This document shows, one piece after another, positions 24,205 to 32,788 of a stretch of 64,000 nucleotides of DNA; the stretch's first letter is position 1, and each line of letters starts with the position of its first letter. The notes under the pieces are model-generated. The model had not been told where the DNA came from. It searched no databases and saw only the letters and a list, made by a program, of their open reading frames with translations. The DNA is from an uncultured Bacteroidales bacterium (GTDB lineage: Bacteria; Bacteroidota; Bacteroidia; Bacteroidales; F082). A program made the position numbers and the translations under genes. Where the stretch lies: the NCBI GenBank assembly GCA_946405575.1, contig CAMJHP010000005.1, forward strand, positions 20,908 through 84,907, given 5' to 3'.

Positions 24205-25452
24205 TCAATAATTGATGTTCATTTTCTTGCTCGCTTTAATCAGTCGCGTTTTTTCCTCATCGGATAGATTAAAGTCGTTGTTGCGTGCATTGATCATTTC
24301 CATATCAGGCTTTTCTAAAAGTTCCCAAGGGAAACGTTCCAGCAAGTTGTGTTCGCAGTCGAAGTCTTTCAGCGTCTTCATTTTCGACACATCGGGCAGA
24401 TCCAACAAATGATTGAAACCGATCCCGAAACGCTCTATCGAGTCCATTTCCGTAATCCATTCGGGCAGGAAATGCAGTTCGTTGTGATGGATATAGAAAT
24501 ACTTCAGCCGTTTCAAGTTGCGCAAGGTGTCGGGAATCTCCTCGATTTGGTTGAACGAAAGGAACAATTGTTCCAAATTCTCCATATTGCCCACAAAATC
24601 AGGGATTTTCTTGATATGGTTCTTGTAGAAATCGAGGTGTTTAAGATTATTGAAACCTTTCAGGACTTCGGGAATATCTTTGAATCCATTCTCATAGAAA
24701 ATGAGGTTTTTGATTTGAGTCAGATTGGCGAAAGAAGTAGGCAGTGAATGAAGCTTGTTTTTGGACAAATTGAGGTTGTTGCAGTGCAATTGTCCGACAT
24801 TTTTGGGGAGCGTCTCAATGCCATTTCCAGCCAAAAGGATGCTTTTCAACTTCGACAGACGTCGAATATCGCGTTTGCTCAGTTTCAATTGATTAAAATT
24901 CAAGATGATTTCCTCCAAGCTGTCGAGTTCCATAATCCAGCTTGGGATATGACGAATTTGGTTGCCCTCCAGATTGAGATCTTTCAAATGCTTGCAACGA
25001 CGGACACTGGCTGGAATGTGTGTCAATTGGCAGTTTGTCAGGTTCAGGCGTTCGATGTGGTTGTCTTCGGGAAAGTCGATTTTGCGAAAACTGCATCCGT
25101 TGAGGGTGACAATCTTCAAACTGTCCGACAAAAACAAGGACTTGTCCACCCTATTCGTTTCGATACCAGAAAAAGTGGCAATCCTCACCTTATTGTATAT
25201 GGATAGGTCTGGGACAGTATCCAAATAAGTGAAATCAAGATTGAGCAATATAATTGAATCGGGGTTGTTGTTTTCCAGTTTTTGCAGATATGCCCTTTCT
25301 TCCGCACGGGCTCTTTCATACATTTCCAGAAGTTCTTCCTCGCTGTAATAATTCAGATAAGAAGGTTTTGCGATAGGTCGAGTTGAACAAGAGAAAAAAG
25401 CGCAACTTATTGCCATACAAATCAATAAACGGATTTTCGATTTCATAGTCAA
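24205..25452 (-). CDS. leucine-rich-repeat lipoprotein with eukaryote-like (SHOC2/Ras-suppressor-type) LRRs
   Basis: The lipobox is AFFSC. About 23-aa repeats LxxLxLxxNxLxxLPxxIxxL run through most of the 415 aa. Confidence 0.8.
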   Translation of the reverse strand: MTMKSKIRLLICMAISCAFFSCSTRPIAKPSYLNYYSEEELLEMYERARAEERAYLQKLENNNPDSIILLNLDFTYLDTVPDLSIYNKVRIATFSGIETNRVDKSLFLSDSLKIVTLNGCSFRKIDFPEDNHIERLNLTNCQLTHIPASVRRCKHLKDLNLEGNQIRHIPSWIMELDSLEEIILNFNQLKLSKRDIRRLSKLKSILLAGNGIETLPKNVGQLHCNNLNLSKNKLHSLPTSFANLTQIKNLIFYENGFKDIPEVLKGFNNLKHLDFYKNHIKKIPDFVGNMENLEQLFLSFNQIEEIPDTLRNLKRLKYFYIHHNELHFLPEWITEMDSIERFGIGFNHLLDLPDVSKMKTLKDFDCEHNLLERFPWELLEKPDMEMINARNNDFNLSDEEKTRLIKASKKMNINY

Positions 25453-25466
25453 TGAACTTATAATGT

Positions 25467-25532
25467 AAAAATACAGATAATTTTGAATATAAAACTAAAA
25501 GTTTAGTTATTTTATTGTAGTCTTAATGAAAA
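25467..25532 (-). repeat. second copy of the 66-bp upstream region (dyad AACTA-N6-TAGTT at 25493-25508)
   Basis: See 24119-24184. This copy lies immediately upstream of the LRR lipoprotein gene. Confidence 0.7.
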
Positions 25533-25651
25533 TATTATACAACACACTGATTTTCAATAGATTTTCAATATCATTTTTATAAGATTTCTTGCGAAGCAAT
25601 CTAAAAATCAGTTTTTTCAAAAAAAAATGCCTCTAATTTCCCAAAATGTTG

Positions 25652-25659
25652 TATTTTTG
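25652..25659 (+). promoter_or_regulatory. -7 box TATTTTTG of the tRNA-Thr promoter
   Basis: It lies within the 18-mer TGTATTTTTGCAACCGCA, which is shared with the tRNA-Asn promoter. Confidence 0.6.
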
Positions 25660-25675
25660 CAACCGCATTTGAGAA

Positions 25676-25751
<76 letters not shown>

Positions 25752-25754
25752 GCA

Positions 25755-25784
25755 AAAGAGTTTCGTTTCCGAAACTCTTTTTTG
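25755..25784 (+). terminator. intrinsic terminator after tRNA-Thr
   Basis: AAAGAGTTTCG tttc CGAAACTCTTT followed by a T-run. Confidence 0.75.
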
Positions 25785-25829
25785 TTGTCCAAAACCGACT
25801 ATAATTCCTTCTCTTTTGCGGAAATTCCC

Positions 25830-25837
25830 TATTTTTG
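25830..25837 (+). promoter_or_regulatory. -7 box TATTTTTG for the 1100-aa protein gene
   Basis: Exact TAnnTTTG match, about 20 nt before the ATG at 25858. Confidence 0.55.
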
Positions 25838-25857
25838 CAAGTTATTCTATTCTGGAT

Positions 25858-28800
25858 ATGTTTGCGCCAAACAAATTGATTGATAAAATCGAAGGCTTCA
25901 CTAAGAAGTATTACCTTAACCGCCTGATACAAGGTGTGTTAGTTGGTGCTGTACTGTGGATTGTTTTCTATTTGCTCATCAACGGATTGGAGTATTTCTC
26001 CTGGTTTCCGCCCAAAGGCCGTTTTGTGCTGTTTCTGTTTTTGCTTGCTGGTAGCGGATTTGTTTTGGTGTATCATTTCCTTATCCCGCTTGTTAACCTC
26101 ATCCGATTCCGAAAGAAGATGTCGGTGGAACAAGCTTCGATGTTGATTGGCAAGTTCTTTCCTGAAATTAAGGACAAACTGCTAAACACCATTCAACTAA
26201 GCAATCAGATGGACGAAGAATCCGATAATGCCCTATTGGCGGCCACCATCGAGCAACGAAGTGCCCGTCTTTCCCCTATCCGATTCAGTGATGCCGTCGA
26301 CTTGCGTGGCAATTTGAAATATTTGGGCATCTTTTTTGGCTCACTTCTTATATTAATAGCACTGATGGTGTTTTTGCCATCTTTTGCTGTTCAGCCTACA
26401 CAGCGCATTGTCAATTATGAACAACATTTCGAGAAGCCTCTCCCCTATCAGGTTGAAATAGAACAAGATGAAATAGAGACCACCCAAGGCAAGGAAGTAA
26501 AGTTCACTATGCACGTCACTGGCGACCGCATTCCCGATGCCTTCTATGTGAAAAGTGAATTGGGACAACAACTGATGACCAAAAGTTCATCTAATGACTT
26601 CAGCTACACTTTCAAAAACCTATTCAATGACTTGACCTTCATCGTGACTGGTGGTGAATATACGAGCCGCTTATTGCGTATCACAGTACACCCCAACCCT
26701 ACCCTACTTTCCTACCGTTGCGAGTTGCACTATCCATCATACATCCACCGTACCAACGAAACCCTTGATGCCAAGACCCGCCTTATCGTACCCCAAGGCA
26801 CCAAACTCATCTTCAGCTTTACCACTCGCGACACCGAACAGATGAGCGTCAGCTGCGACTCCTTGACCACTGACCTAACAGCAAAAGACAACGTTTTTGA
26901 GTATCAACTCGTGGCGACACAATCCATCAAGTTTGCGGTACAGGTGCAGAACAGTTGGAACAAAACCATTGAGCCCCTCCCCTTCTCTATCGATGTGTTG
27001 CCCGATGCCTACCCAGACATTCGCGTAGAGTCGTTCGACGAGCAACTTTCCACCGATGTGTATTATTCGGGCCTTGTCACCGATGACTACGGTTTCAGCA
27101 AACTCACCTTCAATTGCATCGTCAAAGAACCCATCGAAAAGAAAATTGTCAAGCCCATCGCTTTGGACTTGAAGCAATCCCGCACTTCGTTCTTCTACAG
27201 CTTCAACATGGATAGCCTTGGTATTATGCCCGGTCAGAATATGGAAGTCTATTTCGAGGTATGGGACAATGACGGTTTTCATGGGCCCAAGTCGAAACGC
27301 TCAGAGACCTTTACCTATTATAAACCATCCGAAAGTGCCTTAGACAGCATTGCTGACCAACAATCGGAAGACATCATGGAACGCCTGCAGGAGAAGTCGC
27401 AGGAGGCCGACAAATTGCAAGACGAAATCGAGAAGATGCTGCAAGACCTCATCCAAAAGAAAGACTTGGATTGGTCGGACAAGGAGAAGATGAAAGACCT
27501 GCTTGAAAAGCAGCAAAAGATCCAAGACGAATGGAACAAGTTGCAAGAGGAGCAGGAAAAACTTGAGAACTTTATGAAAGAACACGACTTGGGCAACGAA
27601 GACCTCATCAAGAAGCAGGAGCAAATCAACAAACTCTTCGATGAAGTAATTCCAGAAGAACTGAAGAAGATGATGGAGCAGATTGACAAACTTCTTGAAG
27701 AAATGCCTCGTGAGCAAATGCAGCAAATGATGCAGGATATCAAGAAAAACAACCAGTCGATGCAGGAACTCATTGATCGCAACTTAGCTCTATTGGAACA
27801 ACTCAAGATGGAGAAGGACCTCAACGACTTGGCTAACAAATTAGATAAACTAGGAGAGGAGTTACAAAAACAAGAATCTGATAATCAAAATAAAGCAGGG
27901 GAGGAAGACGAACAAACATCGGCCGAAGAAGCCAAGGAGGAATTCGACAAAATGATGGACGAACTCGACAAACTCTTGGAGAAGAACCAAGACCTGCAAC
28001 AGCCATTTGATATGCAAAAGGATGAGGAAATGCAAGAAAGCATTGATCAGGACCTGCAAGATGCTATGCAAAACGAACAGAATGGCGAGCAACCTCAATC
28101 ACAGCAGAAGAAACAGAATGCTGGTCAGAAGATGCAACAGATGGCCAACAATATGATGATGCAAATGCAGATGCAAGGTATGGAGCAGATGGCCGAAGAT
28201 GCGCATTTGTTGCGTATTTTGCTCGAAAATGTGGTCCATGCCTCACACATACAAGAAGATTTGATGACCGAAATAGGAAGTATACGCTCTGATGATCCAT
28301 CATTGATTGACAAAATCATACAACAGAAGGATGTAGCTGACAATTTCAACATAGTTCGCGATTCGCTTCGTAGTATGGCCTTGCGCCAGCCTATGATTCA
28401 GAATTTTGTTTTCGACGAATTGCATACCATCGAGAACCAGACAGAAAACGCGATGAAACATCTCAACGATTTGAAACTCTCTCAAGCCGTTCGTCACCAA
28501 CAAACCGCTATGATGTCAATGAACAACTTAGCTTTGATGCTGGCTGAGTCGTTGGAGAGTATGGAAAACAGTATGGAAGCTATGGGAATGCCAATGTCTT
28601 GTTCCATGCCAAAACCTGGTCAAGGTCAACAGAGTATGCAAAAAATGCAACAGCTACAACAGCAACTCAGTGAGCAACTAAAACAGCTGCAGCAGCAGAT
28701 GGAAAAATCGGGACAACAGATGCCCAATTCCATGAGCGAAGAATTTGCACGGATGGCCGCTGAGCAAGAAATGTTACGCCAAGGCATGCAGCAGATGCTT

Positions 28801-29160
28801 AATGATATGAAGGAAAACGGTCAACTTGGTGACGATGGTCTTAACGAAATCATCAAGGATATGGAGAAGTTGGAGGAAGAGTTAGTGAACAAGAAAATCA
28901 ATCGTCAGATGATTGAACGCAGCCAACGGATAGAGTCCAGAATGCTGGAATCACAGAAAGCACAAGAAAAGCGTGAGCAGGAAGAGAAACGCAAGTCAAA
29001 CGAATACAAAGGCTCGCATTTCGACCGCAAGATTGACGAATATCTCTACGAGCAATCACTCAAGAAAAACCAAGAATTCCTGCGAAGCAATCCCATCGAA
29101 TATGCTCCTTATTACAAGGATAAAATCAACGAATATTACCTGAAGAAAAACACGCATTGA
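25858..29160 (+). CDS. large membrane-anchored protein with a long acidic coiled coil and Q/M-rich low-complexity regions (DUF4175-like, tentative)
   Basis: The start MFAPNKLIDKIEGF at 25858 is preferred because the track start at 25741 overlaps the tRNA. There are two N-terminal TM helices and a third near residue 200. An E/K/Q coiled coil follows from about residue 490, then MMMQMQMQGMEQM and QKMQQLQQQLSEQLKQLQQQM tracts. Confidence 0.8.
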   Translation: MFAPNKLIDKIEGFTKKYYLNRLIQGVLVGAVLWIVFYLLINGLEYFSWFPPKGRFVLFLFLLAGSGFVLVYHFLIPLVNLIRFRKKMSVEQASMLIGKFFPEIKDKLLNTIQLSNQMDEESDNALLAATIEQRSARLSPIRFSDAVDLRGNLKYLGIFFGSLLILIALMVFLPSFAVQPTQRIVNYEQHFEKPLPYQVEIEQDEIETTQGKEVKFTMHVTGDRIPDAFYVKSELGQQLMTKSSSNDFSYTFKNLFNDLTFIVTGGEYTSRLLRITVHPNPTLLSYRCELHYPSYIHRTNETLDAKTRLIVPQGTKLIFSFTTRDTEQMSVSCDSLTTDLTAKDNVFEYQLVATQSIKFAVQVQNSWNKTIEPLPFSIDVLPDAYPDIRVESFDEQLSTDVYYSGLVTDDYGFSKLTFNCIVKEPIEKKIVKPIALDLKQSRTSFFYSFNMDSLGIMPGQNMEVYFEVWDNDGFHGPKSKRSETFTYYKPSESALDSIADQQSEDIMERLQEKSQEADKLQDEIEKMLQDLIQKKDLDWSDKEKMKDLLEKQQKIQDEWNKLQEEQEKLENFMKEHDLGNEDLIKKQEQINKLFDEVIPEELKKMMEQIDKLLEEMPREQMQQMMQDIKKNNQSMQELIDRNLALLEQLKMEKDLNDLANKLDKLGEELQKQESDNQNKAGEEDEQTSAEEAKEEFDKMMDELDKLLEKNQDLQQPFDMQKDEEMQESIDQDLQDAMQNEQNGEQPQSQQKKQNAGQKMQQMANNMMMQMQMQGMEQMAEDAHLLRILLENVVHASHIQEDLMTEIGSIRSDDPSLIDKIIQQKDVADNFNIVRDSLRSMALRQPMIQNFVFDELHTIENQTENAMKHLNDLKLSQAVRHQQTAMMSMNNLALMLAESLESMENSMEAMGMPMSCSMPKPGQGQQSMQKMQQLQQQLSEQLKQLQQQMEKSGQQMPNSMSEEFARMAAEQEMLRQGMQQMLNDMKENGQLGDDGLNEIIKDMEKLEEELVNKKINRQMIERSQRIESRMLESQKAQEKREQEEKRKSNEYKGSHFDRKIDEYLYEQSLKKNQEFLRSNPIEYAPYYKDKINEYYLKKNTH

Positions 29161-29161
29161 G

Positions 29162-29587
29162 ATGATTAGATTCAGCACATTGGATGTGGAGATGCCGCCC
29201 ATCGACCCACAGCGCATCAAGGCTTGGATTGGTGAGGTGGCCGAACGGCTCGGTAAATCAGTAGGGGAGTTGTACTACTATTTTTGCAGCGATGAAAAGT
29301 TACTGGAGATAAACAGAGAGCGTCTTGGCCACGACTTCTATACCGACATTGTCACCTTCCCGCTGACCAATTGTGAGACCGTGCTTTCAAGCGAATTCTG
29401 CATCAGTCTTGATCGAATCAAGGAGAACGCGGTGACATTTGGCCGTAGTTATGAAAGCGAACTTCACCGTGTTATTATCCATGGGGTATTGCACCTCATT
29501 GGCTTCGATGATCTTACCGAAGAAGAAGAGAAAGAGATGAGAGAACAAGAAGAAATAGCCTTGGTGTTTTATAAGAATGTACTATGA
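29162..29587 (+). CDS. ybeY: rRNA maturation endoribonuclease YbeY
   Basis: HGVLHLIGFDD zinc-binding motif in a 141-aa protein. Confidence 0.9.
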   Translation: MIRFSTLDVEMPPIDPQRIKAWIGEVAERLGKSVGELYYYFCSDEKLLEINRERLGHDFYTDIVTFPLTNCETVLSSEFCISLDRIKENAVTFGRSYESELHRVIIHGVLHLIGFDDLTEEEEKEMREQEEIALVFYKNVL

Positions 29588-29693
29588 CCACCAACAATGA
29601 ATTAGCGGTCATAATCATAGACATAGTGAAACAACTTAAGCAACAGATAATCAAATTATTAAACATAATGTTTCCCGTGAAACACTTACAAAA

Positions 29694-31565
29694 ATGCTTT
29701 TTGAACCGTATGATATCATCGTTGTAGGGGCCGGTCACGCAGGTTGTGAAGCAGCGGCAGCGGCAGCCAATATGGGCAGTAAAGTCCTACTGGTCACGAT
29801 GGACTTGAGGCTGTTTGCCTCTATGTCTTGCAATCCCGCAATGGGAGGAATAGCAAAGGGGCAAATCGTCCGCGAAATTGATGCTATGGGTGGCTATTCT
29901 GGTATTGTCAGCGACCGCACTATGATCCAATTCAGGATGCTCAACAAATCGAAAGGACCCGCTATGTGGAGTCCAAGATGCCAAAGCGACAAGATGATGT
30001 TCTCAGCCGAATGGAGAACAATGTTGGAAAAAACGCCTAATCTTGACTTTTGGCAAGACACGGTGGTTGGGTTATTGATTAAAGGCGATCAAGTGAAAGG
30101 CGTCAAGACCAAAATGGGTGGAGACATAGAAAGCAAGGCTGTCATCCTCACTAATGGCACATTCCTAAACGGATTGATCCATATAGGAGAACAGCATTTC
30201 TCTGGAGGAAGGATGGGGGAGGTGGCCAGTCATGGTATAACAGAACAACTTACAGAATACGGCTTCGAATCCAAAAGGCTTAAGACCGGAACCCCTGTCC
30301 GAATTGATGGACGAACGATAGATTTCAGCAGACTTGTTGAGCAGAAAGGAGATGATGAAGTGGTTGGTTTTTCCTATACAGAACCGTTTAGGATCTCAAA
30401 ACAAAAGAGCTGTTGGATTGCCCATACTTCATTAAAAGTACACGAAACGCTCCGAAAAGGTTTCAAATATTCTCCAATGTTCAATGGAAGAATCCAAGGC
30501 GTAGGGCCAAGATATTGTCCAAGTATAGAAGATAAAATTGAACGTTTTTCTGGAAAAGACAGCCACCAACTCTTCGTTGAGCCCGAAGGCTGGACAACGG
30601 AGGAATATTATCTCAACGGTTTTAGTTCATCCTTACCGGATTATATCCAATATGAAGCTTTGAGACAAATAGAAGGCTTCGAAAACGCCAAAATTTATAG
30701 ACCAGGTTATGCCATTGAATACGACTATTTCCCTCCCGAACAATTGCACCATTCTCTAGAAACAAGGCTGATGCACGGTTTGTATTTCGCCGGACAAATC
30801 AACGGCACTACAGGCTATGAGGAAGCTGCTTGCCAAGGAATGATGGCAGGTATCAATGCAACTTTGGCATTGCGTGATGACCAACCGCTAGTTTTGTCAA
30901 GAACACAGGCGTATATCGGCGTCCTCATAGACGACCTCATTACAAAAGGTGTGGACGAACCCTATAGGATGTTCACAAGTAGGGCAGAATACCGTATCTT
31001 ACTTAGGCAAGACAACGCCGATTCACGATTGACCGAAATGTCATATCAACTGGGGTTGGCCAAAGAAGACAGATACAAAAAGTGTTTGCAAAAGCAGAAA
31101 AAAGTCGAGGACATCAAGAATTTCTTGAACGAAACATATGTCTATCCAGATGAAATCAACGGTATGCTAGAGCATAAAGATAGCACAAAAATCGACCAAA
31201 AAATGAAAATGTCCTACATTTTGTTACGGCCACAAATCAATTTGACAGAAATGATTGAAACAATATCATCATTAGTGGCATTCAAAACACAGGACAGATT
31301 TACAAAAGAATGTCTGGATGAAGCAGAAATCCAAATTAAATATGACAGTTACATACAAAAGGAGTATGAATTAGCCGAAAAACTTAACCGATTGGAAAAC
31401 ATAAAACTTCCCAAAGATTTCAATTACCACACCCTTCAATCTTTATCATACGAGTGTCGTGAAAAACTGAATCGCTATAAACCAGATACGTTGGGTCAAG
31501 CTTCAAGAATCAGCGGAATTTCGCCAGCCGACATCAACGTTTTAGCAATATTTTTAGGAAGATAA
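29694..31565 (+). CDS. mnmG: tRNA uridine-5-carboxymethylaminomethyl modification enzyme MnmG (GidA)
   Basis: YDIIVVGAGHAGCEAA FAD-binding motif in a 623-aa protein with GidA-type sequence throughout. Confidence 0.95.
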   Translation: MLFEPYDIIVVGAGHAGCEAAAAAANMGSKVLLVTMDLRLFASMSCNPAMGGIAKGQIVREIDAMGGYSGIVSDRTMIQFRMLNKSKGPAMWSPRCQSDKMMFSAEWRTMLEKTPNLDFWQDTVVGLLIKGDQVKGVKTKMGGDIESKAVILTNGTFLNGLIHIGEQHFSGGRMGEVASHGITEQLTEYGFESKRLKTGTPVRIDGRTIDFSRLVEQKGDDEVVGFSYTEPFRISKQKSCWIAHTSLKVHETLRKGFKYSPMFNGRIQGVGPRYCPSIEDKIERFSGKDSHQLFVEPEGWTTEEYYLNGFSSSLPDYIQYEALRQIEGFENAKIYRPGYAIEYDYFPPEQLHHSLETRLMHGLYFAGQINGTTGYEEAACQGMMAGINATLALRDDQPLVLSRTQAYIGVLIDDLITKGVDEPYRMFTSRAEYRILLRQDNADSRLTEMSYQLGLAKEDRYKKCLQKQKKVEDIKNFLNETYVYPDEINGMLEHKDSTKIDQKMKMSYILLRPQINLTEMIETISSLVAFKTQDRFTKECLDEAEIQIKYDSYIQKEYELAEKLNRLENIKLPKDFNYHTLQSLSYECREKLNRYKPDTLGQASRISGISPADINVLAIFLGR

Positions 31566-31607
31566 GTAGATGAGCAGAATTAGTTTACATAAAAAGCAAG
31601 GGAATTT

Positions 31608-31676
31608 GGCCGTCAGCAGTCAGCCATCAGCAATCAGCCATAGTGCTACCGAACTGATAGCTGATGGCTGATAGCT
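31608..31676. repeat. heptamer-phased hairpin E3 (CAGCnnT type)
   Basis: CAGCAGT CAGCCAT CAGCAAT CAGCCAT, then a 14-nt loop, then GATAGCT GATGGCT GATAGCT. TCAGCCATCAGCAATC pairs with GATAGCTGATGGCTGA with one mismatch. Confidence 0.65.
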
Positions 31677-31704
31677 TACAACCAAGAAGCTTATAAATGC
31701 AGCT

Positions 31705-31712
31705 TAATTTTG
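31705..31712 (+). promoter_or_regulatory. -7 box TAATTTTG for the methyltransferase gene
   Basis: Exact TAnnTTTG match, 45 nt before the ATG. Confidence 0.5.
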
Positions 31713-31756
31713 AATAGTTACTTAACAAAATTGTTTCACATGAAACACATAAGAAA

Positions 31757-32632
31757 ATGAACAATATATGTCCATGGTGCGGATCAGAAAAAGCACAAAT
31801 TAAACTACTAGTCAAAGATGAATTTTTGACCAAAGAAGACTTCAACATATGTGAATGTTTGAGTTGTGGCCTACTTTATACTATACCAAGACCAAGCAAA
31901 GATAAAATCGGTTTATACTATAAGTCGGAAGAATATTATAGCCACAAGGAAAACAAAAAAGGCTTTATACCCAAGGTTTATGAAACCATAAAAAAATTCA
32001 ATCTAAAGCACAAATATAAACTAGCAAGCAATGGCATAAAGGCTGGAAAAGTATTAGACATTGGTTGCGGTGTGGGAGATTTCCTCCATACAGCAGAAAC
32101 ACATAATTGGGAATGCACAGGAGTAGAACCTTCAGAAGACGCTAAAGCTATAGCACAAAAACGCACAAAAGGCGAAATCATTTCAAGCGAAGAATTGGAA
32201 ACTATTCCCGATTGTTATTTTGACTTGATTACGATGTGGCACGTCCTTGAACACATCGATAATCTAAAATGGCAGGTTAAACAATTGCAAAGACTAACCA
32301 AGCCAAATGGAAGAATTGTGATTGCCGTCCCAAACCACAAATCATATGATGCACAATATTACAAAGAACAATGGGCAGCATACGACGTACCAAGACATCT
32401 AAACCATTTCAACAGAAAAACGCTCACAAAGATTTTCAAATCAGAAGGCTTAGAGTTGAAAAAGGTCGATAAGCTACCTTGGGATGCTTATTATATTTCG
32501 TATATGAGCGAACAATACAAACAACATTCTTTACCATTATTAAAAGGTGCGTTCAGAGGATTGGTCTCAAATCTCAAGGCAAAAAGAACAGGTGAATGGT
32601 CAAGTATTGTGTACGTTTTTGAGAAAAAATAG
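31757..32632 (+). CDS. class I SAM-dependent methyltransferase with an N-terminal zinc ribbon
   Basis: CPWCGS...CECLSCG zinc ribbon and the VLDIGCGVGDF SAM motif I. Confidence 0.8.
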   Translation: MNNICPWCGSEKAQIKLLVKDEFLTKEDFNICECLSCGLLYTIPRPSKDKIGLYYKSEEYYSHKENKKGFIPKVYETIKKFNLKHKYKLASNGIKAGKVLDIGCGVGDFLHTAETHNWECTGVEPSEDAKAIAQKRTKGEIISSEELETIPDCYFDLITMWHVLEHIDNLKWQVKQLQRLTKPNGRIVIAVPNHKSYDAQYYKEQWAAYDVPRHLNHFNRKTLTKIFKSEGLELKKVDKLPWDAYYISYMSEQYKQHSLPLLKGAFRGLVSNLKAKRTGEWSSIVYVFEKK

Positions 32633-32788
32633 GAAAATCCAAAATTTGGCCGTTTTTGAGCGATTTAAGACGTTTTAGGTGCTTTTTGAAATAAAGCATA
32701 AAACTAGCGAAAAAAATCGAAAATAGGGGATGTTTTTATAACTTAACAATATCAACATAAAAAACAATACATTACAAGAAAAAGGAGA

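Noticed and set aside
25549-25570. The tandem GATTTTCAATA x2, and other short tandem repeats, as possible CRISPR or minisatellite arrays.
   Set aside because: There are only two 11-nt units, with no spacer/repeat architecture anywhere in the window.
27318-28503. Several minus-strand ORFs (173, 128, 78, 79, 75 and 67 aa) that are rich in Ser, Cys, Leu or Phe.
   Set aside because: They are antisense readings of the GAA/CAG/AAG-rich coiled-coil region of the large + strand gene. This is a compositional artefact.
31601-32657. A shared 11-mer AATTTGGCCGT after the mnmG stop and after the methyltransferase stop.
   Set aside because: Hundreds of repeated 11-mers are expected by chance in 64 kb, and no extended similarity surrounds them.
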